DNA of 63,382 nucleotides, counting the filler, from Reticulomyxa filosa (Eukaryota; Protista; Foraminifera): NCBI GenBank assembly GCA_000512085.1. It is 16 parts of 16 records of this genome, joined end to end, with 100 filler letters (N's around TTAATTAATTAA, not from the genome) between each part and the next. Parts side by side here need not be neighbours in the genome. Positions count along the whole stretch, not along the records: positions 25,305 to 30,585 come from ASPP01049374.1; positions 30,686 to 32,683 come from ASPP01013660.1; positions 32,784 to 35,126 come from ASPP01000859.1; positions 35,227 to 46,155 come from ASPP01003569.1; 12 more parts are not named here. One strand, 5' to 3'. A program made the position numbers and the translations under genes. The notes under the pieces were generated by a model. That model saw nothing but the letters and a program-made list of their open reading frames with translations. It was not told the DNA's origin and ran no database searches. Positions 26,487 to 38,200 of the stretch are shown one piece after another. Numbering within the stretch: position 1 is the stretch's first letter; each line of letters starts with the position of its first letter.

Positions 26487-27502
26487 TCAAACTAACTTGG
26501 ACATTGTCACCGCAGTGAAACCTTTCACCAATATTTTTGAAGGTGTTGCCGCAAGCCCGAGCAGTCTCAATAATGGTGGACGTACATATTTCAACTTTCT
26601 AACATCACTCCAAGTTCGAAAGGATTTACCTTGCTGTGCATATCGTTTCTCAAGAAAGTGGCTTGTCTGCTGTTCCGCATCGATGAATGACAATGTTATT
26701 ATTTTTCTGCAGTTCGTTCCATGACTCGGCATAAGACATGCCTTAAAAATCCCAGACTCGCGATACTCATCCGATTGGCAATACAAGCACAGCGCCGAAG
26801 TCGATTGTGTGTGGAATTCAAATGCATCGGGATCTTCACTTGCACGAACAAGTTTTCCGGGAATTTCCAAAAAATTTTTTGCATTGGGTGCGAATCATAC
26901 CACAACAATGTGTTCTTATTTTTGCCTGTTTTTTTTTTAAATTATAGTAACTGTCTCTAGTCAAAAAAAGGGGGGGATTTTTTTTTTAAGTTTCAAAACT
27001 TGTGATTAGGACCCTCGTTCGACGACCCATAAGAACCCACGATATTGACATCCGTTGTATAAATAATCGATTTGGCAGTATCCAAACAAATTGAGGCGAT
27101 GTTGTGACATGTAATTTTGAAAACTGAAGTGACGACAAAGTGTTATGTAATGGCAATCCGCCGTTTTCGCAACATACAATAAATGACTCCTTTTCAACAA
27201 TCATCCAATGCTGGAGATTGTCTGTGATGTCACATATATAAAACATCTTGTAGTGGTTCAAATAGTCCAAATTCTCCTTATCTATCGTTGCCTCACGAGC
27301 CATTCGCAAGTATTCCTGGACATACTCCAGGGAGTGTTTGCTCTGGCTCATTCTCACCGAAGGCCTCTGTGTCGTCTTTACTTCTAGAAGAAGGGATCAA
27401 GGACGAGATACACTCCTCCAATAAGCTTTTTAAAAATGCTTCTTCTTCTGAGGTTGGGAAACTTAAAAAATTGTATGGAGTGCTGGATCTTATTTCTGAC
27501 AT
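26487..27502 (-). pseudogene. Frameshifted gene with a possible PH-like domain
   Basis: Coding sense switches between ORFs 27293-27502, 26986-27357, 27006-27200 and 26487-26870. The pieces YRGFLWV...DAFEFHT...LYCQSDEYRES resemble a PH fold. Confidence 0.4.
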
Positions 27503-28734
27503 TTTTCAAAGAAAAGGGGGATTTTTGTTGACCCTTAAGTACTGACAACAAAACTGTTTGCTGTTTTTTGAATTTGGAAAATCTTAAATATATTCCTTTT
27601 TTATCAAAATTGCTCGTAGCTAATAGAAGTTAATTTTATATGTTTAACATTTTTCCGATGATTGCATACATAAATGAAATAAACATACATAACATTACCA
27701 TATTGTGTGAATCACATTTTTTATCGAAAAAATTATTTTTAGTTTTGTAGCAAGGTTTTTTATTGCTAGAATATGACAATATGAAATCATTTTTAATTGT
27801 TTGTTGGATAAAAAAGACGACATTTGATGATAATTTTGAGACACTTTGTTGTTGTACATTTGTAGAGTTGCGGCATAACAAGCGACACAATATCAAAACG
27901 ACACAAATTGGGAAATAAATATCACTACATTGAATTTCCAAATAGTGATTTTGAACTTCTTTTTGTTTTAGAGTCAAATGACACGTCTATTCGGGAACAT
28001 TTGGAGTCTGATTAGAGGCTTGCTGTTATTCACTGGGACTACCTTGCTTCTAATGGCTCTATCCTCGTATTCGGAGTACGTCAAAAATGACTGTCACTCC
28101 CTTTGCTTTGTATTTCTTTCGAAGACATAGCCGGAGACGCCACTCTCAAATGTTTTTGGAGTTTCGAGTGTCCAAACTATTTCTTTTTTCAAAGGCTTTA
28201 ACGCATGCATTACGATGATAATTGATATATTTCATCAATCAATTTCAAAATTTTCCAACCTTGAAAAAACTGAGCGAACAGGATGGTAAAGATTGACAAT
28301 ATGTTTCAAGTTTTGTTTTTCTCATCTTCCACGTTAATCATTTTTGTTTGAATTGAGCAAGAAATCCTGTGTTGATTCGGATGTATTGTGAAATTGAATA
28401 CATTCATGTGCGAAGGCAACATTTGCGTCTGCTGCTCTAACGTTAATGTATTGTTTTGGATACACTTGCGCAAATCTGGGACCATTTTCAAAAGTATATT
28501 ATCAATGCATTGTCTTGATATTTGTTATTGCTTTCAGACAAATGCACACTCCAAACTTTTTGGAAAGACAATTCAAAATCAATTTGTTTGGAGTGACACA
28601 GTGTTCCAACGCATTGATCAAAGTTTTATGTGAACACTGTGAAGAAAAGAAGGAAGAGAGACAATCATATTATTATGTGAATGTTCGTATTGTTTTGGTG
28701 GCAAGCATTTTAATTTCTTTTCAATCTATCCTCT

Positions 28735-29475
28735 TGCTAATTCGATTCCCACCCCTGGAATGTTCAGAAATTATGGTTTTGTTACAATTATAGCAAGTTG
28801 AAAATTTATATGTTTTGATAATGTGTCATTGGATTAATTGTGTTGTACACTTACATGTTGTATTTTCTTGTTTTTGGTATCAAACATTTTTTCCATTTAT
28901 GATACTTCCGAAAAAGAGGAATACCCAAATTCAATTATTTATAACTCTTTACCTTTTTTTTTTTTTTTGGATAATTAAAGTATTGGAGTATTGGATTTGA
29001 AATGAGTTTTTAGCTTGTTTCTTTATTTGATCGTAATACATTAACAAAAAAAATACATAAAAACATGATCTAATAAAAAAAGTTAATACGTACATTAACA
29101 TTGAGAAGTTTTGGTAATAATTGACCTCTCCACTGTTGTGATGATTTTTTGTAGTTCTACGTACCGATTATCATGAGCTATCAGTTTTGATTGATGAATA
29201 AAAGAAGGGTATCTGATTTTTATTAATAATTTCATGTATTATGCATTTTCAAGACAAACATCAACAAAATTAGTATCTGTGGTTAATCTGTTTTTGGAAT
29301 CACAATTGTAGAACCACAAATGAAATAATATGCAAAAATTTTAGGCATTTTGTTTTTCAAGTTATTTTGTCAAAAATGTCAAAACATTTCAAAAAATTGC
29401 AATGTTTGAATATTTTTTAATAAACTTTTATTAGTTTTGCGTTTACGTCTTACTGAAAAAAAGGGGTTTTTTCTT
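28735..29475 (-). repeat. Dispersed repeat, copy 2 (homologous to 12629-13612)
   Basis: Collinear shared blocks in inverted orientation. It is shorter than copy 1 in the middle. Confidence 0.85.
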
Positions 29476-29669
29476 TTTTTTTGGTTGTTTCTCGTACCAG
29501 CTCCAAATTAGGGGTGATATACGCCCTCTCACACTTGTACGTCTTTTCTATGCTTTGTTCTAACTTTTCAACTTAAAAAAGTGGTTTTGTTTTTTTTGAA
29601 CAGCTGCCAACTTTGAAAAAAAATAATGATTTTTTATTTGGATGCTTTGCATCACTCAACAAAAGAAAG

Positions 29670-29950
29670 AAAAAAAATTGAACTTGGGGCAAGGCCCCCC
29701 GTTCCGCAAGGAGAACAAAAGGTTTGTTATATATATAATTTTTTTTTTGACAAATTAACTTTGTGTTTTTGTCAATAACAGCCGCAGCCAACCTGTCAAA
29801 AAAAAAAAAAATTGAATTTGGGGTAAGGCCCCCCGTCTCCTCAATGAGGACTAAAGGTCTGTTATATTTATATAATTTTTTTTTTTGACAAATTAACTTA
29901 TGTTTTTTCAATAACAGCCGCAGCCCCATCTATCAAAAAAAAAAAAAAAT
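29670..29950. repeat. Tandem duplication of about 135-140 bp carrying a double hairpin
   Basis: TTGAA.TTGGGG.AAGGCCCCCCGT...TTTTTTTGACAAATTAACTT.TGT...CAATAACAGCCGCAGCC occurs twice. Confidence 0.9.
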
Positions 29951-30685
29951 ATACGTCCACATCACCATCCCCATCCCCATACCATCCAAAGAATAACTTG
30001 GAGTTGAAGTCACTCCGCATTGAAAAAAAAAAATGGTTTGTTTGTTTTTTTTCTTATGTTTTTTTATATCAGATGGTTGTTTATTTGTCAATAGGCATGC
30101 TTCAGTCAAAAAAAAAGTGTTTGTGTCCCCCTTCTCCATGACAAGAAAAAAAAAAGAATAGATTGATTGGAATTGGAGCTTTTAGCTCCGAGACAAAAGT
30201 ATGTTTTTATTTTTTTTTCTTTAAAAAAAAAAATTATTTAATTTGTGACTGTGTGTATAGGATTGCAAAATCAAGACATAATAGAAAGTTGTTATTTTTT
30301 ATTTTTTATTTATATTTTTATTTAAGAGATTGGGAAAAGAAAAGGGATGGGAAATTTGGGGAGAAAAAAGAATGGAAAATTTGGGGAGAAAAAAGGGAGG
30401 GGAAAAATTTTGTTTAAGAAAAAAAAAAAGAATGCAAAATAAGAAATGGAAAAGAAAGAAAAAAAAAAGAAGAAAAGTTGCAAATGAAAATGAAAAAAAA
30501 ATGAAAAAAAGACAATGTGAAAAGAAAAAAAAATAAAAAAAGAAATACAAAAGAGAAAAAAAAAAAGAAGAAGTGTAAAAGGGGANNNNNNNNNNNNNNN
30601 NNNNNNNNNNNNNNNNNNNNNNNNNNNNNTTAATTAATTAANNNNNNNNNNNNNNNNNNNNNNNNNNNNNNNNNNNNNNNNNNNN

Positions 30686-30720
<35 letters not shown>

Positions 30721-32640
30721 GTTATTACTTTTATCATGACTACCAGCAGATGGGTTTGTAAAATCACCCGAACACGGCTCAGTGGCATGGCCGGTGATAT
30801 CATTGTCCGACTTTGACAAAGCGATGGCTTTTTTCGGCAAGTACTCAGTGGTGGAATAGTACTCTCGAATAAAGTCTTGTATAGCTGGGAACTTTAGCAC
30901 CTGATCAAGGAATTCCTTTCGGTTGGTTTTGTAAACGCGCGTGAACTCGGTGTGGCGCTTTAAAACCTTGCGCATGCGATGTGGGCCCTCGATCGAGTCG
31001 ACGAGCCAGACCTCATCCCAGGGCCATCTTGGCAGTTGAAGCCACAAAGGACTTTGGAATTTCAATTTCAACACGATCAGCTCGAACCATTTGTTTCGAC
31101 AAAACAGGTTTTGATAATAAAACTGGTGTTCCCTCGACAGGAGTTTGGCATGTTCGATGGACTGCAGTTCTTTCAAAATGGTATGGCCATTGCCATACGC
31201 AACGTTTTTGTGGATGCATTTCAATTGATTTCGATAGGATTCCAATTGTTCGTGTTCGTGTTCCAATTGTTGTTGTTGCGATTCGACTTTTGCACGCAGC
31301 ATATTTTTTTCCTGGACCCAACGATCTTGCCATTGTTTTCCGAATATCGTTTCCAAAGTGGTTTGTGCTCTCGCCAGACTGCCTCCTTTTCGAAGCCATT
31401 GCAAAAAAAGACTCGCGTTCGGTGGAAATGGTTCGCAGCTTTTCGAACAATTCCGGCTCTTTGCTCAAGGAGCGCGATAGGAAATGCGATTGATAGGTCA
31501 GCACGCACTCCCAGACATTCAAGCAATGTTTTGCCAGTCGCTCTTTGGCTTGGGTTAAATGAATTTTATCGCTGCCTCCATATCTGGCCACATCTCCCAA
31601 TAACTTTGTCAAGATATGGACTAATCCAAAAAAAAAAAATCAGATTCACTCAAATCCGCAAAGAACAACTCCTCTTGATATTCCACTATCAATGGCAGCA
31701 ATTTTTCCAAATGTCGATTTCGAGTGGGCGCTTCGGATGCAACGTGTAAGAAAAACAATAGCACCGATTGTATCACTCGACGACATTCATTATACATTGT
31801 CTCCAAATTGAATTGCGATATGTCGTCGCCCTCCTTCTCAGGCTTTGTCATTGCGCTTTTTCGACTTTGCTGTTCATCGCCAGTGCCGATTTGCACACTT
31901 TCAAAACGCGCAAAAATTTCGAGCCATTTTGCTTGGCAGTGAAATTTCTTGCAAATACGAATGCATTTGGCTTGGATTTGAATGATCCATTGACATACTT
32001 TCGACATTGGCATTTGCATTCTGGCTTTCATTTATTGCATTTGCAGCTGCATTCGCTTTTGCTCTTGCTTTTGCCTTTTCTTTCGCATGCAGTTTTCGGA
32101 GCTCCTCCAAAGTGCCACTAAACGAGTGCCGTCTTTCTTGTTTCAATTCCTCGGCGTGGACGACCTCCGGGGCCATTACTACCTTTGGAGACGCCGATAT
32201 GGCGTGGTGGAGTTCACTTTCGTTGCCATGTATCGACCCCTTTTTGTTCACGCCAACGTGGCGACGAACGGGCTTTGCCTTTTTCTTCTCCAAACTCACT
32301 TTTCGAGGTAGCAGTTGAAGGGAAAAACTGTTTTGCAACGTCGTCGAACACATCTCAAGCAAATGCGCAACATTTTTTGCAAACATTTTATTTTTCAATA
32401 GCAATTCTGACATTGTTTTTTTTTTTTTTTTAAGCAATTTTGTCGCATGTTCCATCCAATAAAAATATATACATATACATATATATATATATATGTATAT
32501 GTATATATTTTATCCTGTTGGTAACAAAAATTGAACTCAACGTTTATTACTGATAACTTGCAACCGATTCAAACAATTGCACACCATTTTGATATTATAG
32601 TACTGCACCAATTTTTTGTGATGATCATGTTGCAGGTCTT
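30686..32640 (-). CDS. BEACH-domain family protein (WDFY3/LvsA/neurobeachin-like), internal fragment with frameshifts
   Basis: VWLVDSIEGPHRMRKVLKRH matches the WxLDxxEGPxRMRKKL motif found upstream of PH-BEACH. The reading frame passes through ORFs 31901-32455, 31621-32031, 31013-31612 and 30634-31404, with shifts near 31935, at the A-run 31627-31639 and at the A-run 31403-31409. Confidence 0.7.
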
Positions 32641-32783
32641 TTCTGGCCAATGACACGGGGAAAGCCTTTTTTTTTTTTTTTTTNNNNNNNNNNNNNNNNN
32701 NNNNNNNNNNNNNNNNNNNNNNNNNNNTTAATTAATTAANNNNNNNNNNNNNNNNNNNNNNNNNNNNNNNNNNNNNNNNNNNN

Positions 32784-33723
32784 CCACACAATACCATTCA
32801 CCATTTTTACTTGCACGAATATCTTGTCTAATATTGCGCAACATTTGCTTCAATGGATATCCACTTTTGTATTTGGACTTGATAACCCTTGTCATGCAAT
32901 TACTCAATAATGATAAATCAGCAATTTGATATCCTCGAGTAGTTGACCAAATGGCCAAGAAATCATCATCTTCATGCCCATACAATGGCATATTTTTGTT
33001 TAAATTTGTTTTTTTTGTTATTTCATGAGTAGTTAGAGTATTTTCACCATAACAAACATCAACAATAAATATTTTTGGAAAGTCTTTGAAAGATTCTATT
33101 TCGTGACGATTAAACATTGTGCGTATCTTGTCAATTGATATAGAGTTTCCATCACTTGTCACTAACATATTTCCTTGTTTCCCATGTCCACAAACTATTA
33201 TTATCAATCCATCATAATTGTTCATATTTTTATGAAGTTTACGATTTGCAATTAATTCGACTAAAAATGATTGCACATCTGTTTTTGTCATTTGTGAAGA
33301 TTGATTGCATTCAAATTCGTAATTCAATTCTTTTTGGAATAATTGCTTGAAATTTTGTACATCTTTTTCTTTCACATTTGGAAGATTAGGCCATTTTGTA
33401 TTATCAATATATTCACTAATTGCAATCATCACCACCAATGCATTCTTGATTGTTTTTGTTTTTTCAATTATTATTGGTTGAAATGGAGTCCAAATTATTT
33501 TAAATGAAGGTTGATCCTTTTTAAACTCCCTTTTCACATCTTTGTCTGATTCAATAATACTATCTTTCATATTGACCAATTCAAGCTTCAAATATTCATT
33601 TCTCATTTTTTGAATGTCTTTCCATTCCAAACAATAATAACTTTGGCGAAGAAGTTCTTCAAACGTCTGTTCTTTCATTTTTATCAATTTTTTTCTTTCA
33701 TCCACTATCACATATGCCGTCAA
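32784..33723 (-). CDS. Caspase-like (clan CD, C14) protease exon preceded by a PB1/ubiquitin-like segment
   Basis: NALVVMIAISEY...NLPNVKEKD, His motif IIIVCGHG, Cys motif FPKIFIVDVCYG, and p10-like DDFLAIWSTTRGY. Acceptor AG at 33725-33724 precedes TTG ACG. Confidence 0.85.
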
Positions 33724-33793
33724 CTATTTTTGTATTTTATTATTGTAATTCAACTGAAAAAAACAAGAGTAAAAGAATACACAATTCATTAAC

Positions 33794-34024
33794 TTCCTTC
33801 TCTTCTTTGTTATCTTGATTAGTCATAGTTAAGTCAAGATGAACACTAATTGAAAAAAGAATAGAGTCGATATCGTCTTTTGTGATTTCATTTTTCCATT
33901 TGTGTTCATCCAATAGCCATCGTTGAAATTGCTCATTTGGCAATGTTTTAAATTTTTCAATTATCTTTGTCTTATCCTTTTGTTCTCTTTCATTCCACCA
34001 TTTCATTAATTTGGTACATTTTTC
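33794..34024 (-). CDS. Helical linker exon of the same kelch-caspase gene
   Basis: EKCTKLMKWWNERE...EEKE, bounded by ccag| and |GTTAAT. It joins the caspase exon in phase 0 (EEKE|LTAYV). Confidence 0.6.
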
Positions 34025-34154
34025 CTGGATTTTGTTTAATTTTTGGATATATGTCAAATGCAAAAACAAAATAAGATTCCAATATTTATATTCTTCGTTG
34101 CTGTCATGTCACTATCCTTATAAGAAAATAAAAACACCTCATTACAACTAAAAT

Positions 34155-35126
34155 TCAATACTTAACTTGTGCATCCTTTTTTTTTTCTATTTTTTTTGTT
34201 TTATCTTCATTCTCCTTTTTTTCTTCTTCTTCTTCTTCTTCCTTCTCATCATCGTCCTCATCCTCCTCCTCTTCTTCGTCGTCATCATCTTCTTCCTCTT
34301 CTTCTTCGTCGTCGTCTTCTTCTTCCTCTTCTTCCTCTTCTTCCTCTTCTTCATCTTCTTCATCTTCTTCATCTTCTTCCTCTTCCTCCTCTTCTTCCCT
34401 TTTTTCAATTCCTTTTTTCATTTTTTCTTCACTCAACCATTTACTCACTTCAGTTTTCAGATGTGTTGATACATCTGTCTTGTATTCATTTTTTCCTCCA
34501 ATAATATGCACATACGTGCTGTCTTCGTTTAATATTGCAACGCAGTCGTATAATCGATTGGGTAAAATGCTTTTAAATGTTATCCATTCGTTATCTTGAA
34601 TCAAATACTTGTGCACTGATCTTAAAACACGATTACCAGTTCCACCAAAGAACAATATAGCGTTATTGATACATACATATGCATATGTATGTAATGATTC
34701 AATATTATGACAAACAGGTAGTTGGCTATAATGAAAAGAGTTATTATTTTCATCATATTCAATTGACAGTCCTGTCTTATCACAGAACAACAGCATTTGA
34801 TAATTTTGTTTATTTGATTTTATCATTTCTTGTCCTTGTCTATTTTCTGGCTTTGATACAAAGCAATGATATTCAATATAATTCTTAGCTTGTAAGATAT
34901 CATGTTTAATAAATTGAAATGTGTTTAAATCAAACACACTAATATTATTTTTATAATAAGTGATAAATAACAAATTATTGTTACTTCCACCAGTCACTGC
35001 ACGCGCTCCTTCATAATGATCTCTTTCTCTTCCAATGATAATCGGATTGTTGTGATTGTCTGTAAAAGGAATCCATTCATTGTGGTTGTTTGATTTGTTT
35101 AATTTATTCATTTCATTATTATTATT
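34155..35126 (-). CDS. Kelch-type beta-propeller exon followed by a long Glu/Asp tract (5'-partial)
   Basis: Kelch-like GG/W motifs: AVTGGSNN, ILFFGG...VHKY...NEW, VHIIGG. About 60 acidic codons follow. Confidence 0.85.
   Translation of the reverse strand, partial: NNNNEMNKLNKSNNHNEWIPFTDNHNNPIIIGRERDHYEGARAVTGGSNNNLLFITYYKNNISVFDLNTFQFIKHDILQAKNYIEYHCFVSKPENRQGQEMIKSNKQNYQMLLFCDKTGLSIEYDENNNSFHYSQLPVCHNIESLHTYAYVCINNAILFFGGTGNRVLRSVHKYLIQDNEWITFKSILPNRLYDCVAILNEDSTYVHIIGGKNEYKTDVSTHLKTEVSKWLSEEKMKKGIEKREEEEEEEEDEEDEEDEEEEEEEEEEEEDDDEEEEEEDDDDEEEEEDEDDDEKEEEEEEEKKENEDKTKKIEKKKDAQVKY
34220..34400. repeat. (TTC/TCC/TCA)n trinucleotide tract encoding poly-E/D on the minus strand
   Basis: Directly visible. 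Confidence 0.9.
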
Positions 35127-35249
35127 NNNNNNNNNNNNNNNNNNNNNNNNNNNNNNNNNNNNNNNNNNNNTTAATTAATTAANNNNNNNNNNNNNNNNNN
35201 NNNNNNNNNNNNNNNNNNNNNNNNNNTTTTTTTTTTTTTTAAAAAAAAG

Positions 35250-38200
35250 TCGTTTACAGACAATGAAAAAGAAAGCGCACTCCAACAGATCCCAAAAATA
35301 AACCAAGTGTTGAGTGGACTGTGTTTATTGTGGAACGGGAAAAACCCGCATTCGGTGATGGAAAGGTCGGAACGACTGCTATGGAGACACGGACTGTTGG
35401 TGACACCACTGTGGAAGATCAGCCAAGAGTCGTTTGCGAAGCACGGCGGAGCGGTCGAACTGCTGGTGAGCACGTTGCAGCCGGTGTCGGAGAAAGATAA
35501 GCAAAAGGCACGATATAAGCAAAGACAGAAGCACAGCACGTTGCCGGAAGTGCTGCCGTCGCCGATGGTAAGCGAGATGGTGCGCTGGACGCTGGAGCAG
35601 ATGAGTGGCAAGCAGGAAGACATGTCATCGCGAATGCGACATACCGTGGCAGCGATGATAAAAATGTTACATACGAGAATGGAGGCGAGAAAAGAACACA
35701 AGTTTGACGAGGTGTTTTGGGCGGAGTTGGAGCGAATGTTGAAGCGCAAGACGCAATGGATGATAAAGTTATGTGTGAGTATCTTTGAAGCACTGAGTGA
35801 GTTTGACGTGAGTCATTGGAGCGGGACAATCGCCCCTTTGGTCGTTCAGGAAATGCGACGAGACGAAGAAGACCGAAGATATGTGGCGTGTCAAGCGTTT
35901 GCGCAATTTTGTATTGGTCTGAAGCAAGAGAAGGCATTTGCAGAAGCGTTGTCGATTTTGGGAAGTCATTTGAAAGGAGACAAAGGAATGATATCGCATT
36001 ATCAATGCAAGCTCGACTTGACCCAAGCTGTGGCTGACATGAGCAAGTGTGCACGCACGTTGGCGTCAAGCGCAGATAGTCATATCAACTTGGAACACCT
36101 GTCCGATCAGGCATGCGATCTGCTGGTCAGCTTTTTGGAAAAAGAAAATCATGCCAAATGTCGCGTGGGCGCATACGACGCGCTGCAGCAATGGATGACA
36201 TGTCGTCCGTCGACGGTCGTCGTTGCCATGATCCGCAAGTGCTTGACCGGGAAATGGACTCGAGATCTACCCACTTATCACTGCTGCGTGCAGACGTTGC
36301 TTCATGCTGTTCGTCTCGAGGCCGACGACAAGCGCGCGTCGGATGTGCAGAAGCTAGTGCACGAATTGCGAAGCGACGCGTCCATTGTCAGCTTTGCACA
36401 AGACCTAGTACAACGTGCGCCAATGATCCAAAAGAGTTTGGTCCTCAAGGCATTGGCGCCATTTGTCTGCTTATCGAATTCTCCAAAGACTCGATCGACT
36501 TTTGGAATGCTACCAAAAAGCATTGGCTGCCATTACTACTTAACGACAATGAAGTCAAGCCTTTTGTTATCAATATTGATCACATTTTAACATCATCATC
36601 ATCGTCATCATCGTCGTCATCGTCGTCATCGTCGTCGTCGTCGTCATCGTCTTCGTCTTCGAATCAACGTCAACTACTATCACTTCGTGCACAAATTGTA
36701 CGCTCACTGCTGCTGAATGAAAACACGTGGCATTGGCTCGAAGACCTTGGACTCATCGTCGACTGGAACAAGCAAAAAGGCTTTTGGGAAATGGTCGTGT
36801 GGCTGCTTCTGTCAAACGACTTTGACATTCGACGCGAAGTGCGCGGCATCTTGTCGCAGGTGTACGCAAACGTGCAAAAGAAGGAGCTGGCCTACTCTGG
36901 CAAGTACTACTCGGTGAGCGGCATTTTGGCCACCATATTGCAAAAGTATGTATTCGACTTGAAAACAAAGTTGACGACCATAGTAATGGGCGCCCCAGAG
37001 CCATGGGTACCCTCGCCGGCCCAGTTCCGCTACGCCGTGGAAACGATCGCTGGAGATGTACCTCGCAAAGACGCGCTTGTGTCCGTGTTGTTCTTGGCCC
37101 ATCATCCCTGGGTCGACCCCTTTCCGATCGTGCACAAGCAACATCAACTATGGAAGCACATTTTGGACACATGGATACGCAGTACACCCGACATTGTGAA
37201 GCAGCTGATCGACACGCTGCGATTCAACACGGCCCTGTTTGAAATGGTGCGCGGATATCTCACCTCGTCCAAGCACAAAGAGGCGCAAGAGGCGGTAGTG
37301 GCTATGATAGGGACTATCTTCGCCATGGGCGGTCATGACCTGATCACGAGCGACGACAAGATCATGGCGAGCATCGAGTCGGTCATGAAAGGGGCATTGG
37401 ATATGTTGGAATGGAGACCCAAGGACATTGCCATCTGCAAGACACCCGAGGGTGTGCTGTGCGAGTTTGACGAGAGCCAGGTCGAAGAGAAGGAAAAGCC
37501 TCCTGCGAAGGCGGAAAAGCAATCAGATCACATTGTGATTGGCGTGAAAAAGCGCAAAAAGAAAAACTTTGCGACCACGCAGCAAAAGAACAAGGAAGAG
37601 CGACTCAACGATAAAGAATGGGAAGAGAAGGTGCGCAAAGAATTAGCCGAAAAAAGCGGCGAAGCGGAAAAAGAACGTCAAAATGAAATCCTAAAACAAA
37701 AGGAAATACGCGATCGTTGCAATACTAATCGATTCCGATTGGACTGTCTGTTCACCCTATTTGCCGAAATGATTCGTGGCAATAAAGAGGCCTTTGCTGA
37801 TATCTTGGCACTCAAGTTTTTGGACAAAGTGTTGCCGCTGACCAAATCGGAACTCCTGCGCGTGCAGGCCGTGCATGGCATAGCCATCATTTGTCGCTCC
37901 TTTAGCGATACCATTGCCAACACTCGTTAGTGGTCGCCGCGACCCTGGCGCAGTTGCATGTGTACGGCGCCAAAGTCTTTGACGAAAAAGACTGTTTCTA
38001 CACTTTCGACTATTGCATCCACAAGTTGAGAAAGGCCGTCGACGCGCCCGACTTGGAGACGGCGCTGAAGAAGAAGAAGAAGAGTAATAACCCTGTGCAA
38101 AAGCCGTCCACGCTAGTCAACGCACCTGCGTCTATCATTCACGGCAGAGGCAGAGCAGTCGCAGGCAGAGGTGCTGTCGGACGAGGCAGGGCCAGTGACG

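Noticed and set aside
31400-31945. Programmed frameshifting in the BEACH-family gene
   Set aside because: Two of the three shifts sit in homopolymer runs and the third at a CC dinucleotide, so sequencing indels are the simplest explanation.
34167-34504. Poly-Phe/Leu ORFs on the + strand and the poly-Lys alternative frame
   Set aside because: These are shadow frames of the poly-E/D trinucleotide tract.
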